From contig CM052816.1 in the NCBI GenBank assembly GCA_028534125.1, forward strand, positions 69,938,001 to 70,002,000: a stretch of 64,000 nt of DNA. The letters are read 5' to 3'. This DNA is from Lama glama. Lineage: Eukaryota. The translations under genes were made by a program, and so were the position numbers. Under the pieces are notes generated by a model. The model ran no database searches and was not told the DNA's origin. It saw only the letters and a list, made by a program, of their open reading frames with translations. Shown in pieces: positions 24,348 through 37,199 of the stretch. Numbering within the stretch: the first letter of the stretch is position 1; every line of letters starts with the position of its first letter.

Positions 24348-27289
24348 AACTTTACCGTGTACTTTGTTACTGGTGGTATTCATAATTTTAAAACCATTTT
24401 GTGTGTATTGTAAGGTAGAGTGATGTTAGGATCAAGAATTCTCACTGTGTGAGAAGACTGATAAAATATTAAAAGGGGGTGGGAGTGGATGGAGGGAGAA
24501 GGTACAGAGGAAGAACTCTGAGCTGCTAGACTGGAATTGAAGATCATCAAGGTGTAAAATGTGTGTGCATATAAACTCTGTCCACTTACATGGGTCTATA
24601 TTACCACCCTCATCTTGATTTCTAAATATTACTTGCCACTAGAAGGAAACAGGGCTCCTTGGAGAAATGATTGATTCCAGGTCTAAGGAGGGAATGTGAA
24701 AGGTAAACCTAAAATACATTGTTCTAGAAACCAAGGAAGTATTAAAAATGGGTAAAGATATGCCAAAGGAACATAGGAACTGGCTTGAAGGAGTTCCCAA
24801 TGATCAGATCTGGGACATTAAATATAATGACAATAATGCATGTTAAATAAAAAAGAATCCATAAGTCAACAACAGTAATTCATAACAACAACAAACCCAG
24901 TGGCCAGCTAGTAAATGCAGAATTGACAGAACTAGAAAACCACAATTTTCAATCTCTGGAGTAATACCTAATTTGAGTAAGGACAGTCTGAAAATACTAA
25001 CACAATTTGATGAAATTTCCTTGGGGAACAGGATTTATGTAATCTCAAAGTACCAACTCATGGATTATGTACTAGTTAAGAGATCAGAGTACTTTATGAT
25101 GGAGACTCTGGCATGTTCCACCTTAACTAAGTGATCACACTAATATCACCAATAATTGGACACTGAGTTTATGTGCCTCCAGGATTCTTTTAAGAAAATG
25201 TAAAATTACTAATTATTGGGGATGTTAAGTTTGATCATCTGGTTGAGGTGGTACATGCCAGACTCCTCTATCAAAAAGTACTTTTATCTCTTTTGGCTAA
25301 TACATAAATGTATGAGTTGAGACTTTTGAGATTGCATAAATCTGTTTCCCAGTAAAATTTCACCATTGTTTTATTTTAGCATTCTTTGGATTGTTACCAG
25401 AAATGTTTAACCTGAATCTTATCATGAAGAAACAATGAGAGAAATCCAAATTGTGGAACATTTTTTGATTGACTAGCCTAGATTTTTTCAAAGAAACAAA
25501 AAAAGCAGGTAAGCTGTTCAAAATCAAAGGAGGCTAAATTTAACACAGTTATTGATTGGATCCTGGACTGAAAAAAATCAGTATAAAGAACAACACTGGG
25601 GGCAACCTGGCAAAGTCTGAATATGAATTATATATTGTTAAACTCACCAAATTTTTAAAAATTGTGAGTGTTATTGTTGTACACAGAAGAATAATGTCTT
25701 TTTTCTGAAGAGATATATCTCAAAACTATTTAGAGATAGCATGATGTCTGCACCTAACTTTTAAATGAAGGTTGCAGGGAAGAAGGGAGGGAAAATATAT
25801 GGAACAAAATATTAACTAGTACATTTAAGTGAAGGGTTATATGAGTGTTCATTTTTAACCTTTATTGTCTTCTTAGAATAAAAATTTAGGGAAAAGCCCA
25901 GTGAAAAGAAAAAACACTTTAAAAATATCAGTGACCTTTAGACTAGGAGAACATGCATTACATTATAATACATTATTACCAAGACATACCATGGTTGGCA
26001 GGCTTTGTTCACAAAGTCAGCATCATGAGTTCCTACAGTAATGAAATCCCATGGACTTATTCTTTTTAAACTGACAACTGGAGAGACACCGAAGACTCTC
26101 ATAAGGTTCCCAGAGTTGCCATAAATTCCAGCAGTTTCCTCAACCTAGTCTACTCTTAACCAGGGTCCAAAGCAGATTTCTATATCTATGGGTGATCAAT
26201 TAAATCACAGTTCAAATTCTTTCAATTTTGTGATTTAATCTTCTTTACCCATGTAGGTTTGACATTTATCTTCCAAAGAAACCCACTGTAATAGTTGTAA
26301 ATTAACTTTCCCCAGTTTTTGAGAACACATGGGAAATTATTTTAACACTATGAAAAAACCCCACAAGATTGTTTTTTTTAAATTAAAAAAAGTAAGTCCT
26401 AAAATTTTAAAAATCCATTTAAAATTAATTGAGTGGCCAGTATAATTCTTAGATGAGTATCAACAACATCAACTTTTGAGCAGCCATTAAGTAGTCCCAG
26501 TAAATATACACTAAAAATTCAAAGACATATCAACTGAAAACCAGAAGAGAATGGGACAGAGCAGGTTTGGTTTGTATTCAGAATCATTTAAACAATCAAA
26601 CTAACCATTGTTTATTGAGCTTTCCAATGAGGGAGATTGTGTGGAAGACACTGAGAAAGAACTTACAATACTTACCCTTCTAGTCATTTGTAGTCTGGCT
26701 AGGGAGGTAAGTTCTGTTTTTGAAATATGAAAATGAAACACTGGAAAAATCAAAATGTTGAAAACCAGAAGTTTAAATTGTCTATTACATATCACACTGT
26801 AGAAAAATGTCATGGGAGAACATGATATAGTCAGTGAAAAAAAGTGTTTGATACCAAGGTAATTTTTTAAAAATGTACAATGTTATTGTAATTTTGTTTT
26901 ATAAAAACAACATATGTATATGTAGGGAATAGGGAAAAAAATACCAGAAACATACACACCAACTGTATAACAATGGCTATCTTAAACTGGTGCAATTTGT
27001 GATTACATTCTTCTTTATGATTTCTAGATCAAATATTTTTGCAACACTTTTATAATCAGAGCACAAGTATTTTAAAGAAAGAATTTAAAGACATCATTAA
27101 AAATATAAACCAGTATTCATTCCAAGCACCAAACTGTCCTAAAAGTTAGTCCTACAATACAAACTTCACAGGGCTGGGGTGTCCAGGGTGTCTTCCTAGA
27201 AGGGACAGAACTCCAGCACAGTATGGTGCACAGCGCCCTGTGCATGACAGAGTTAAGTGCCTAGTAAGGTCATTCTGATTCTTATTTAA

Positions 27290-27425
27290 TTTTCACCTAC
27301 CCCATTATGTAGATACTCCCATTTTGGCGATGAGAAAATTGAGACTTAGAGAAATTTAATTAACTTATAAAGATAGCTGAGCTAGTAAATGGCTAAACCA
27401 GAATTCAAGTCCAAGGACTCTAACT
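27290..27425 (-). mobile_element. MIR SINE
   Basis: CCCATTTTGGCGATGAGAAAATTGAGACTTAGAGAAATTTAATTAACTT...GCTAGTAAATGG...GAATTCAAGTCC. Confidence 0.75.
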
Positions 27426-29114
27426 CAATCTTACTCATACTAGATAACTAGCAATTGCTGGCAGAATATAAGCTTCCTCTGTAGGTCTATAAGTAAGTAG
27501 CCCGAGACCAGGGACCCTGTCAGTTGTGTCACTATGGTTTACGACCAGTAATTAGGTAACTTAAACCTGAGGTTCAAATTCAGTCGATAAAGGCAATAGC
27601 TTTATATCTACAATCATAATGGTAGCACTAAAATTTTTAAACTAAAATAGTGAGAAAGACAAAGATAAATGATGTTAAAAGTCATTAAAATATTTTTGTA
27701 TTCATACTCTATTTAGGACTACTGGTGAAATATCTGTGTCTTGACTTAGAAAATTTACAACACGGGATCCCTGAGCATAAGGCAGATACTACACAAATGA
27801 GAGCTGTCTAGGTTATTCTCTTTCTGGATCTGTCATCCTTACCCCAAAAGACAAAAAACTATTAAAAAAAATACATAACAAATGAGGTCTCCTTTATGCT
27901 AGTCTTATAGAAATAAATTAAATTATAAATTATACTAAATATGAACATAAAAGTCACTGCATTGGCAGTTCCTATAGACTAATAAGGGATGGAAACAACC
28001 CAGAAACAGTTAGGAATTGACTTATGATATAAATAAGGGCCAGGTATGACAAAAGAACAATACCTAATTTTCAGCTGATGCATGAGGGTACCCTTTGAAG
28101 TTAGTTCTATCAGAGTAACAACAGAAATAAAAAGTGTTATATTTTATGCTAAAAACCAAAGTGAAGGTGAAATGCTATATCATTTTTTGAAGCAAGCTTG
28201 CTTGTATTGCCTTATTGTACGAGATATAAGTAGGTTTTTTTTAAAGCTGAAATTTAGACTCACACTCATTGAAATATCCCTGGAACTTCTTAACAGCCAT
28301 ATTTTATCACTTTGTAGAGTTTATGGTTTACTTAAAATTCTAAAATAGTAATTAAAATATGTAATTCTCAAAGTAAAGCTTAAGAAGGCAAGATATGAAC
28401 TGTAGTGTCTATAGATATAATTATGTATATTTAGTTATACAAATAATACATCCTTACAGTAATATATGCAAACAGCAAATTAAAAGTTGAATAAATGTGA
28501 AAGACCCTAGTCTCCCTTCTCCCACAACCAGTGATAACCTATAAAATCATGTTAGCAGTTTCTTTCTCAAAACATTCTAAGTGCATGTATGTTAGCATCT
28601 GCTGCCCCACCTCACCCTAGATAATGTTATCCACTATTGTTTTTCACTTAGCACTGTATCTTGAATATCATTCTAAACAGCTCGTACAGATTATTTCTTG
28701 TTCTTTGTAACAGCTGTATAACACCCCATTTAACTTCATTTCCCTTTTAACAGACATCTAGATAGTTTCAGTTTATTAGGTATTAGAATTCTATAATGTC
28801 TTTGTACATTCACCTCTGTGTCCATCCATAGGCTATGTGCCTAGAAGAGGATTTTTAGAATTAAGTGGAATAGGCAATTAACATTTTGAAAAAAGACTGC
28901 CAATATGCTCTCTCAAACAAATATTCAAATTTATACTCCGATGTCTTTTCTTTGTTGGGTTAGGTTAATGTGCTATTAGTGTTTTTTATGACATGTGATT
29001 GTGAAAATGTATATTTAGTATATAACTTTTGAAACATCAAAGAATGTAGTAGCAACCCAAAGAAATCATCTGCCATTAATCAATCCTATTTCTTTGTAAC
29101 TAACGTAATTACGA

Positions 29115-29320
29115 GTATGGGCTTTGAAGACAGACAGGTGAGGGTTTAAGTGCCAGCTTTGGCACTTAGGACTTGTGTGATTTTGAGCATATTGTCTAGT
29201 CCCTTGAAGCCTTGATTTATGCCTTTGCAAAATGGGGAAGATAGTGAATTATTATGAATTATTATGAAGATTAGTACACAGTGTTTATTACGGTGCCAGA
29301 CAAGAGTGAGTGCTTGGGTA
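29115..29320 (+). mobile_element. MIR SINE
   Basis: GGGCTTTGAAGACAGACAG...GGGTTTAAGTGCCAGCTTTGGCACTT...TGTGTGATTTTGAGCA...GCAAAATGGGG. Confidence 0.7.
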
Positions 29321-29932
29321 ACTCATGCGGTATGACCTAAATGATTAATACTAACAAAAACACAGAGCTACTTACATTATCTAAAGACAAGAGTGAACAC
29401 TTAAACATCTCCAACAAAGAACCAGTTTTTATTTTCTCTGAGTCTTTTAATTCATAAGAATATAAAATCTTTACCTGAACCCTCACAATCATGAAGTGTT
29501 GATTTGTGGGCAGAGTTTAGTATGGAACAGAATTCATTCAGGCTCAAAGAAGCTTAGAGAATATTTCTAATTAAAGAAGAGAACTTCGATAATAAGGAGA
29601 TTTGGGTTCAGGTATATCAGATTGCAATGTAAGCATGAATTTCTTTACCTATGATAAAATCAAAGAATTTTTAGGACAGTATTTTGATAATGATGGCTGG
29701 CAGTATATAAACCCTATTAACTTAAGAATGGCCATACAAAAGCAAGTGTAAAACTTAAATGCTGCAGCTGATTTCAAGCATTCCTTTTAACAGATTTTTA
29801 AGTGATGTAGTTTCCTAGAGGTATGACCTGAAAACCTTTCTCTATGCAGGAAATTATAGCATATTTAATTTGAGACATCAAAAAACATTTAAAATAGACA
29901 CCACAAAATGTATCTGTAGTTTAAAGGTCAAA

Positions 29933-29938
29933 TTTATT
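29933..29938 (-). terminator. Distal polyadenylation signal AATAAA
   Basis: TTTATT on the plus strand about 90 nt after the stop, followed by CATTTTGTGGTGTCTATTTT (GU/U-rich downstream element) on the minus strand. Confidence 0.75.
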
Positions 29939-29989
29939 AGGAGATTAAGAGATGTATTATACATGGACTATAAATACTGCACAGCTGAC

Positions 29990-29995
29990 TTTATT
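29990..29995 (-). terminator. Proximal polyadenylation signal AATAAA
   Basis: TTTATT on the plus strand, 34 nt after the stop codon. Confidence 0.55.
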
Positions 29996-30029
29996 CACAG
30001 TCAAGCACAGAGATACAGTCAGTGCCAAC

Positions 30030-30170
<141 letters not shown>

Positions 30171-30734
30171 TTAAAGAGCATACCTGAAAAACACAGCAAG
30201 CAGAGGTTAACTTTCATAAATTTAATGTTCATTTATCACCAAGAGTGCATGTCAACACATCTGAAATATAAATGCTTACTTAGTAATGTGTTCCCCTTTA
30301 ATCCTGTGTGACAAGAGGGTCCAAAGTATTGCCTGAAGACGATTTACCATATCTAAAAGGTGTAACCTATGAGGTGGTCTGATTTCTCCTTGCTCAGTAT
30401 TGTTCAAGTACCCATAGTTATGTATTATGTAAAAATTTCCATTCCTCTTTGTAGTTTAGAATGTGACTTCTTTAGTAATAGTAGTGAGGAAAATTGAACA
30501 ATATAATACATCCCACTGTCTTCTAAGAGCTGGTGCCTTTATAACAGTTTGGAGTTCAGTTGAAGCGATACAGAAAAACGTGTATCCACTTCTCTATATA
30601 AATCAGAGCTGGAGGAGACCATGAGCTTACTTGGTCGAGCTACCTGGACTTTGACAGGCTACTGATAAAATTCAAAAAGTTTTTCAACATTTGTTTCAAG
30701 GGCTATTTATGTTAGAATCCCACTGAAGAATCTG

Positions 30735-30860
30735 ATAACAATGCAAATTCTTAGGCTTGACCAGAGGCTCCTCAGATCAGAATCTCTAGAGGGGACCTGG
30801 GGGATCTTCACTTAATTGATTCCAGGAGATTTCTGTGCATAGAAATTTGAGCACTACTGA
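30735..30860. mobile_element. MER5-like hAT MITE fragment
   Basis: AATGCAAATTC...ATCAGAATCTCTAG...CCAGGAGATTTCTGTGCA...TTTGAGCACTACTG. Confidence 0.6.
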
Positions 30861-32319
30861 GCCAAACTGTCTGTTCTCTTCTAAGACTTTCTACCTTCTC
30901 TCCAAAGCCCTTCTTGGTGTTTTACAATTTTGAAAACTGAATTTATTTATCTCTATATCTCCTGCTTTAAGTCCAATTCTTCAGTTCTTCTAAGATATGG
31001 AGAAAAACCAAGTAAACATACTCCTTGAAAATATAGTTAAGTCATCCTTCTACTCCCTAGTCCAAGCAACCTATCTATATAACTCACTTTCTTCATATGA
31101 TCCATTTTCCATCCCTGTAATTTATCATTCTTCTCTCCCATAACTTTCCTCAAATAATTCATCTTGAAATACCTGATTCATGGCTGAATCATGCAGTCAT
31201 ATATAAAATATCCAAACTGAATATAATGTAGTCTAATTAAGTAAGCTGCTTGATCTTGTGAGTTGACATGAATTTCGTGCCTCTTGGTGAGTATTTGCTA
31301 CCACAAAGCTTATGTTTCAACAAGCCTCTTAATTAGAATTCAATTTTGCCATAAAAGTGAAGACTGTGAAACTCAGATCTTCAAAGTATACTGTACTATG
31401 CCGATTTCAGTGTCCAAAAAAGGGGAAATAATGAATAATTCCACTGCTAGAACTCCATCTTCAAAGAAAGTCCATTTGCTATAAGGAAATGGAGAAGCAG
31501 GAAAGCAAATGAAACAAATGGTTTAAAAATACAAATAAAACATCAGAATCTAAGAGAGAAAATGTTTTGAGTACTTTCCTATCCTTGAAAAAGAGGGAAA
31601 AAAAATCACAAAGCTACATCATACTTTAATAGCACCTAAACTACTTATAAAATAGGTACACTAACAAGTGGTTATTTGCATTTCAAAAAATTTACTAAAG
31701 AGCCTAAGAATGGTACCTGCTTTATAGACTGTTGTCAGGATTAAACAAGCTAATTCACATAAAGTGCTTAGACAACATCTGGCATTTGTTACGTTCTATG
31801 AGAAAGGTCTTTTTCTAAAACCTGTACATGAATTAATATTATTTCCTTTATATAACTGAGGAAACTGAGGCACAGACTGGTACTAGCACAAGGTCACTCG
31901 GTGGGAAGGGGAAGAATCTGGATCTGAACATAGCCTCATTCTGGAGCCTGTGCCTTCATGTACCGTTACTTGTGGTTTATGGCAAGCACTCGATAATTGT
32001 TAAGCTATCATTTCTCCCTTAAATTTGATTTGCAACTTCCTAGCAACTCATCTTCCATATGAAGTATTAGTGTAAATAAAATTTCTATCACATTGGAACC
32101 CATTAATTTTGAATTTATCATACTTTGAATATAGTTAGGTATAATTTGGCCTAGTTATTAACTATAGAGAAGGGTTTTGGTAAGCAAATTAACATTGTGA
32201 ACTGAGCATAATCTTAACATTAAGCACTTCCTACATTAATCAGCAAATGATGCTGATAATTATTAAAAATACTAAATTCAATAAAGCAGGTATAATAATA
32301 TTTACTGAGCATTTGTTAT

Positions 32320-32650
32320 GCATTTAATAAATATTATCAATTGCCTACTCCGTGTCAAGGACTGTTTAGGCACCAGAGGTAAAGATGTGAGCAAAAAATT
32401 CTCAAGCTGCTTCAAGTTAGTAGGGGAGAAGAAGTTGTAACTAAATGCATAGGATATTAGGTGCTAATATTGTAAGACCTACAATTAAAAATACAAACTA
32501 ATGAGTACTGAAGAGAAACATTTTAGAGAGGGTAGACAGGGAAACCTTCTCTGATCACATCTGAGTGGAGACCTAAAGGAGGTCACAGTTAGCCATGTGG
32601 ATATCAGGAAACGAACACAAGTTCAAAGAACTTAAGGCAAAAGCATGCCT
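32320..32650 (-). mobile_element. L2 3' fragment
   Basis: CATTTAATAAATATTATCAATTGCCTACT...GTCAAGGACTGTTTAGGCAC...CAGGGAAACCTTCTCTGA...CTGAGTGGAGACCTAAAGGA. Confidence 0.6.
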
Positions 32651-35600
32651 GGTATTCTATGTTCCAGGTCCTGAGCTAAGTGCTTTAAATGTATTTTTAT
32701 TGCGTTTTAAAACTGAGTTCATAGATTATTTGGCTTATCAGGTAGGCATTATACATACCTTGATTTTATATTTAATTATGAGGAAAAAATAAAGCGTAGG
32801 GATGACAAACAGGCAGCCTAAAGCCACATGACAAAGCCTGGATCTTAACTCAGGTTAAATCTGTGCACCTAACCACCTCATAATAAAATGGCATTTCTTT
32901 AAAGATGTTCTGTAATTACAATTTTTATCTATTTCACCCATCTTCTTTCAATCTGTGTGATTTTCTAACTTTTTTTTTCTGTTTATTTTGTAATGAGTTG
33001 AAAAGACTTTTAAGAATCCCCTGGAAAGTAAGTCTGTATGTCTCCTATATGTGTTCTCATCCAAAGGGAAGTGGTTTCTAGTGTAGATTCTATGTCTGGT
33101 TATAGTAATTGTTGGTAAGTTACCCAAGACCTCCGTGATCTTTTTGTGCCAAATGATGGGTGAGAGAACTTATGTTCCTCCCCTGCTCTGCCTCCCAACA
33201 CAGACTCTCCAGCCCAATACAGACATTAGAAGAGGCACTAAAGAAGAAATGAGAAAGCACTTGGAAATATTTAGGAATTGGTATTATACACAAGCACGTA
33301 CCTGATAATCACTCTTATATACACAGTTAATCTTTCAACCACCAGGAAGAAAAAGAATTTTTTTTTAAACTGCATCAGAATGCAGACATAGCTGAATTAT
33401 CTGTTCTGTCCATGGAGTCTCAAAACGTTGTCAGGGTCACTGCAATGTGAGAAGACTGGGGTTTTGTACACATAAAAGAACAACTGGTTTGGGTTTTCTC
33501 CTGGTAACTAAGCAGTGAGCTGACTCTTGGGAATTGTGAGCCAGATCATAGTTGCTGTTGATGGTGATAACAACAATAAATAGAAGTATCATTATAGGGA
33601 TTGGAATGTGGATGGGCAAAGCACCCTGTGAAAACAAAAACACACATGGAAGAAACCTGCATTTGCTAACAGTATCCATCTCTATACTATCACTCTACCA
33701 CAGGCACCCATAAGGATGTACAGGAGGAAGAGTTTCTTTCACTCATGTTTTTCTGTGGAAAACAACTCTGTTCCCAAAGCGACACAAGCAAGTGTGTTTC
33801 TCTGAGTAAGTAAAAGCAAAGAAGGGTATGAGGAAGTCTAATGACAATTCACAGTACAGGCTGAAACTCAAGGTACAGTCTACATAAATCTCCCTTTGGA
33901 TTTTTCAGCAAACTTTTCTACTAGGTAGGACTGACATTACAATGAAAATTTGCTCTTTTTTGGAACTGTTAAGAATCTGACATTTCCAAGCATTCCCCTC
34001 CAGAGTTTTCCTTACAGCGCCTGGACAAATAAATGTACTGGTCTCACTAAAAACTTCATACCAAAAAACAGGCAGTAAAAACAATGATGAGTGTTTCTCT
34101 TTATTTATACATTTACATATATTTTTATATAAAGGCTACTGGAGCAAGTGGTGAGCTTTAGCTAAAAAGACAACTATAAGAATAGCACTTAACTGACAGT
34201 GAACATTTGTACTTAATGGGTACATTACATGAATTTTATTCTTCCACTTCCTATCTGAAACTTGTTCTTAGAACATAATATAAGTTGCAAGAAATAAGAC
34301 ATTTAAGAATGGAATCGTATTTGTGAAATGTTTAAATTTCCCTAAGAATTTCTTTTTCAACCTTAAAGTTTATTTTTTTTAAATAAACTCGAGTTTCTGA
34401 ATGAGTTTATGGAAGTGAAAACGTTTGCACTCTGAAGAATGCTTGTATAACATCAAGGTGTAGTCTGTGACAATGGTTTCATTTGTTGTTCTGTTGGGAC
34501 ACTGAAAACCAGTCCTTGCTCCTCCCAGCTGTGCAACAGAAGAAGATCAAAGCAACTGAGTCCAAGGCAGCTGCCCCAGGGATGGGGTAAAGCTCCCAGG
34601 GCTGCCGTCACTTCCTACTGAGGAGAGCAGCCATATGGCATGGATTAACCACAAATCCAACCACCAGCACCTAAATGATGAGAAGCTGATTCCCTTTGCT
34701 GTTTCACACACTGGAATGCTTTCACAAAGATGTTTTGTACTTTAAGCCCTAGTATCAGAGAAATACCTCTGGCAAATGCTCCAGTAAACTTAAAACATGA
34801 TCTGTTAATATCCTATGCTCAATTTCCTTTTCAGAAATATGTCCATTTATTTTGTTGATCTCCAGACTGTGATTGAGATATTTTACTATGAGGGTTTGAT
34901 ATAATCTTTTCAAATGTTACCAAAAAACAAAAACAGAAAAGCCTCTGAACAAAACAAGATTCAGGTAATTAACTTATAAATTTCATGTATGAGACAAATG
35001 AAAATCCCATTCATTTTTATTAACAGAACTATTTTATTTACAGTTAAGTAATGCAAAAATAAAGAGAAACACTCATTGTTTTTATCGCCTGTGAAATATG
35101 TTACCTCTAGTAACCCTGGTTCAAGTTCTGTTAAAGGTTTTTCTCCTCCTATAACCTAACTGCAAACTCTGACATTATTTGGAAGTGAACTGTTTAATGA
35201 TTTTTCCTACTGTCCATTTGTGTACAAAGCAAGAATGATCACATAATTTGGCATAAACTGATACAACTGGCAGTCACTGCTAACAAAAGCATGGGATCAG
35301 AATAGCAGAGACTGGGAGGCCAAAGTGAGGTATGTTGGTACTTGGAAAGTTTCAAGATCCCTCACCAGGCTATGTACCCATATGATGCCTGGATGAAAGC
35401 AAAGCATCAACTTAAAATATAATTGAAATGGGGGAGAGGAAGAAATACAGCTTTTCAGGAATTTCATTTTAAAAGTCCCTCTATTTGAAATTCCCATGTA
35501 TCTAATATTTTGGAAGAGAAGAGGAGATTCAAAATAATTTAAAATTATCTTAGATCTCCCTTTAGAAAATATTATGAAGAAATGTATTTTGGATACATTG

Positions 35601-36261
35601 GCAAAGCAAATTTTTCCACAAAAATTATAAAAACTGGATTAGTAACACCCTACACTTGCCACAGTTGCAAAACCTAAAAGAAAAGGGGGAAAAAAAGGAA
35701 CATTTGATGTAATAGTTATCGGCCCCTTAAATTTTATTTGTTCAAATAATATAGTGGCTATACATTATTGTTTTGGAGCCACATTATTCAGAATTTGCCG
35801 TAAAACAAACTGGTTTGTGTTCCAAAAGTACATTTGAAAATCCAGTATTAGAAATTCAGAACACATTTTTCTAGAGAAAGAAACTACACAACAATGATAG
35901 ATGTCCAAAAATCAGTCTCAGATTTTGATGTAATTGGTCTGGGGTGTGGTCTGTGCAGTGGGATCTCCAGAGTCCTATGTAACCCATAATATACTAAAAC
36001 CTCACTAAGCCACCTTGTATAACACTCTTATTTCAGATTTCAACAGAGAATCTAAGGAATTCATGTCTGTCTGTCTGTCTCTCCTTAGCAGTCAAGTTCA
36101 ACGTTTCCCTAGCCACAAGATGGCCAGTACCTGGGACTGGGGATTGGGAAGAGTTACAGAGAAGAAAAATTTTGTGCTTCAGTAGACTATGCAGTGTTTA
36201 TAGCATACCAATCATAGTCCATTGTTTTTGAGCTATTTTGCAATTCTGAAAGTTGTATGTA

Positions 36262-36866
36262 CAAATAATCTCCATTATTTTCAGATTCTGTATTTGTGAA
36301 TTCACCTACTCACTAAAATTCATTTGTAATCCCAAAATCAATACTGATGCTTCCACGGTCATTCGTGACACGCACAAAGCAGTGAAAACTTTGAGCCACC
36401 CAACCTCATGCTCCACATGAGGTCAAACAAGGTAACGCTGTGCCTTTTGTTTCAGCTCTCACACTGTAAACAAGTATCCTTTTTGTGGTCTATTTACAGC
36501 TACATTTTTTGCGTTTTTGTGCTTCTTATTGGTAATTTCACTGTTTAAAATGATCCCCAAGTGTAGTGGTTTAGTGCTTTCCAGTGTTCCCAAGTGCAAG
36601 AAGGCTGTGATATGTTCAATAATCTGTGTTAGATAAGTGTCATTCAGGTATAATGCTGTTGGCCTTGAGTTCAATACATTAAGTAAGGTGTCTTTAAACA
36701 GAAACACACATAACAAGATGATGTATTGATCATCTGACAAAGTATTGTGACCAGAAGCTCACAGGAATCTAGCCCTGTATTTTCCCTAGAGCACTATTTC
36801 AGCATTCCCTAGCTTAATGTTTGTGGTGACTTTATAGAACTACCATGAATAATGAGAATCAACAAT
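36262..36866 (-). mobile_element. MER82-like Tigger DNA transposon
   Basis: TTCACCTACTCACTAAAATTCATTTGTAATCCCAAAATCAATACT...GGTGTCTTTAAACAGAAACACACATAAC...GACTTTATAGAAC...GAATAATGAGAATCAAC match MER82 as I recall it. Confidence 0.8.
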
Positions 36867-37199
36867 GCATGGATATAAATTCTGCCCTACCTGGTGACTC
36901 TCCTGGCTTTGGAAAAACCAATTCATCTCAACATTCTTTTACTCTATATACATTTGTGCCGTATTAACTTTTCCTTTGAACTGGTTATAACATTTGACAG
37001 GCTCACTTATTTTGTGAGTAAAATAAATTCTTCACATGTTCACCTATATCCATATTAAGTCATGATCTTATCTTTTTCAGGATATATATATATATATATA
37101 TTTTTTTTTTTTAATTTTGTAGATCCTACTGAGATGCCTAATAGGTTCAACCACTAAAGCCAGGCAACCTTCTTCACCAGAAGTGGTAGACCTTATTTT

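Larger units (their letters stand above)
29910..30029 (-). other. NDUFS4: NDUFS4 3' UTR (end approximate)
   Basis: Follows the stop codon, contains two AATAAA hexamers and is followed by T/GT-rich sequence on the minus strand. The cleavage site is estimated. Confidence 0.75.
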
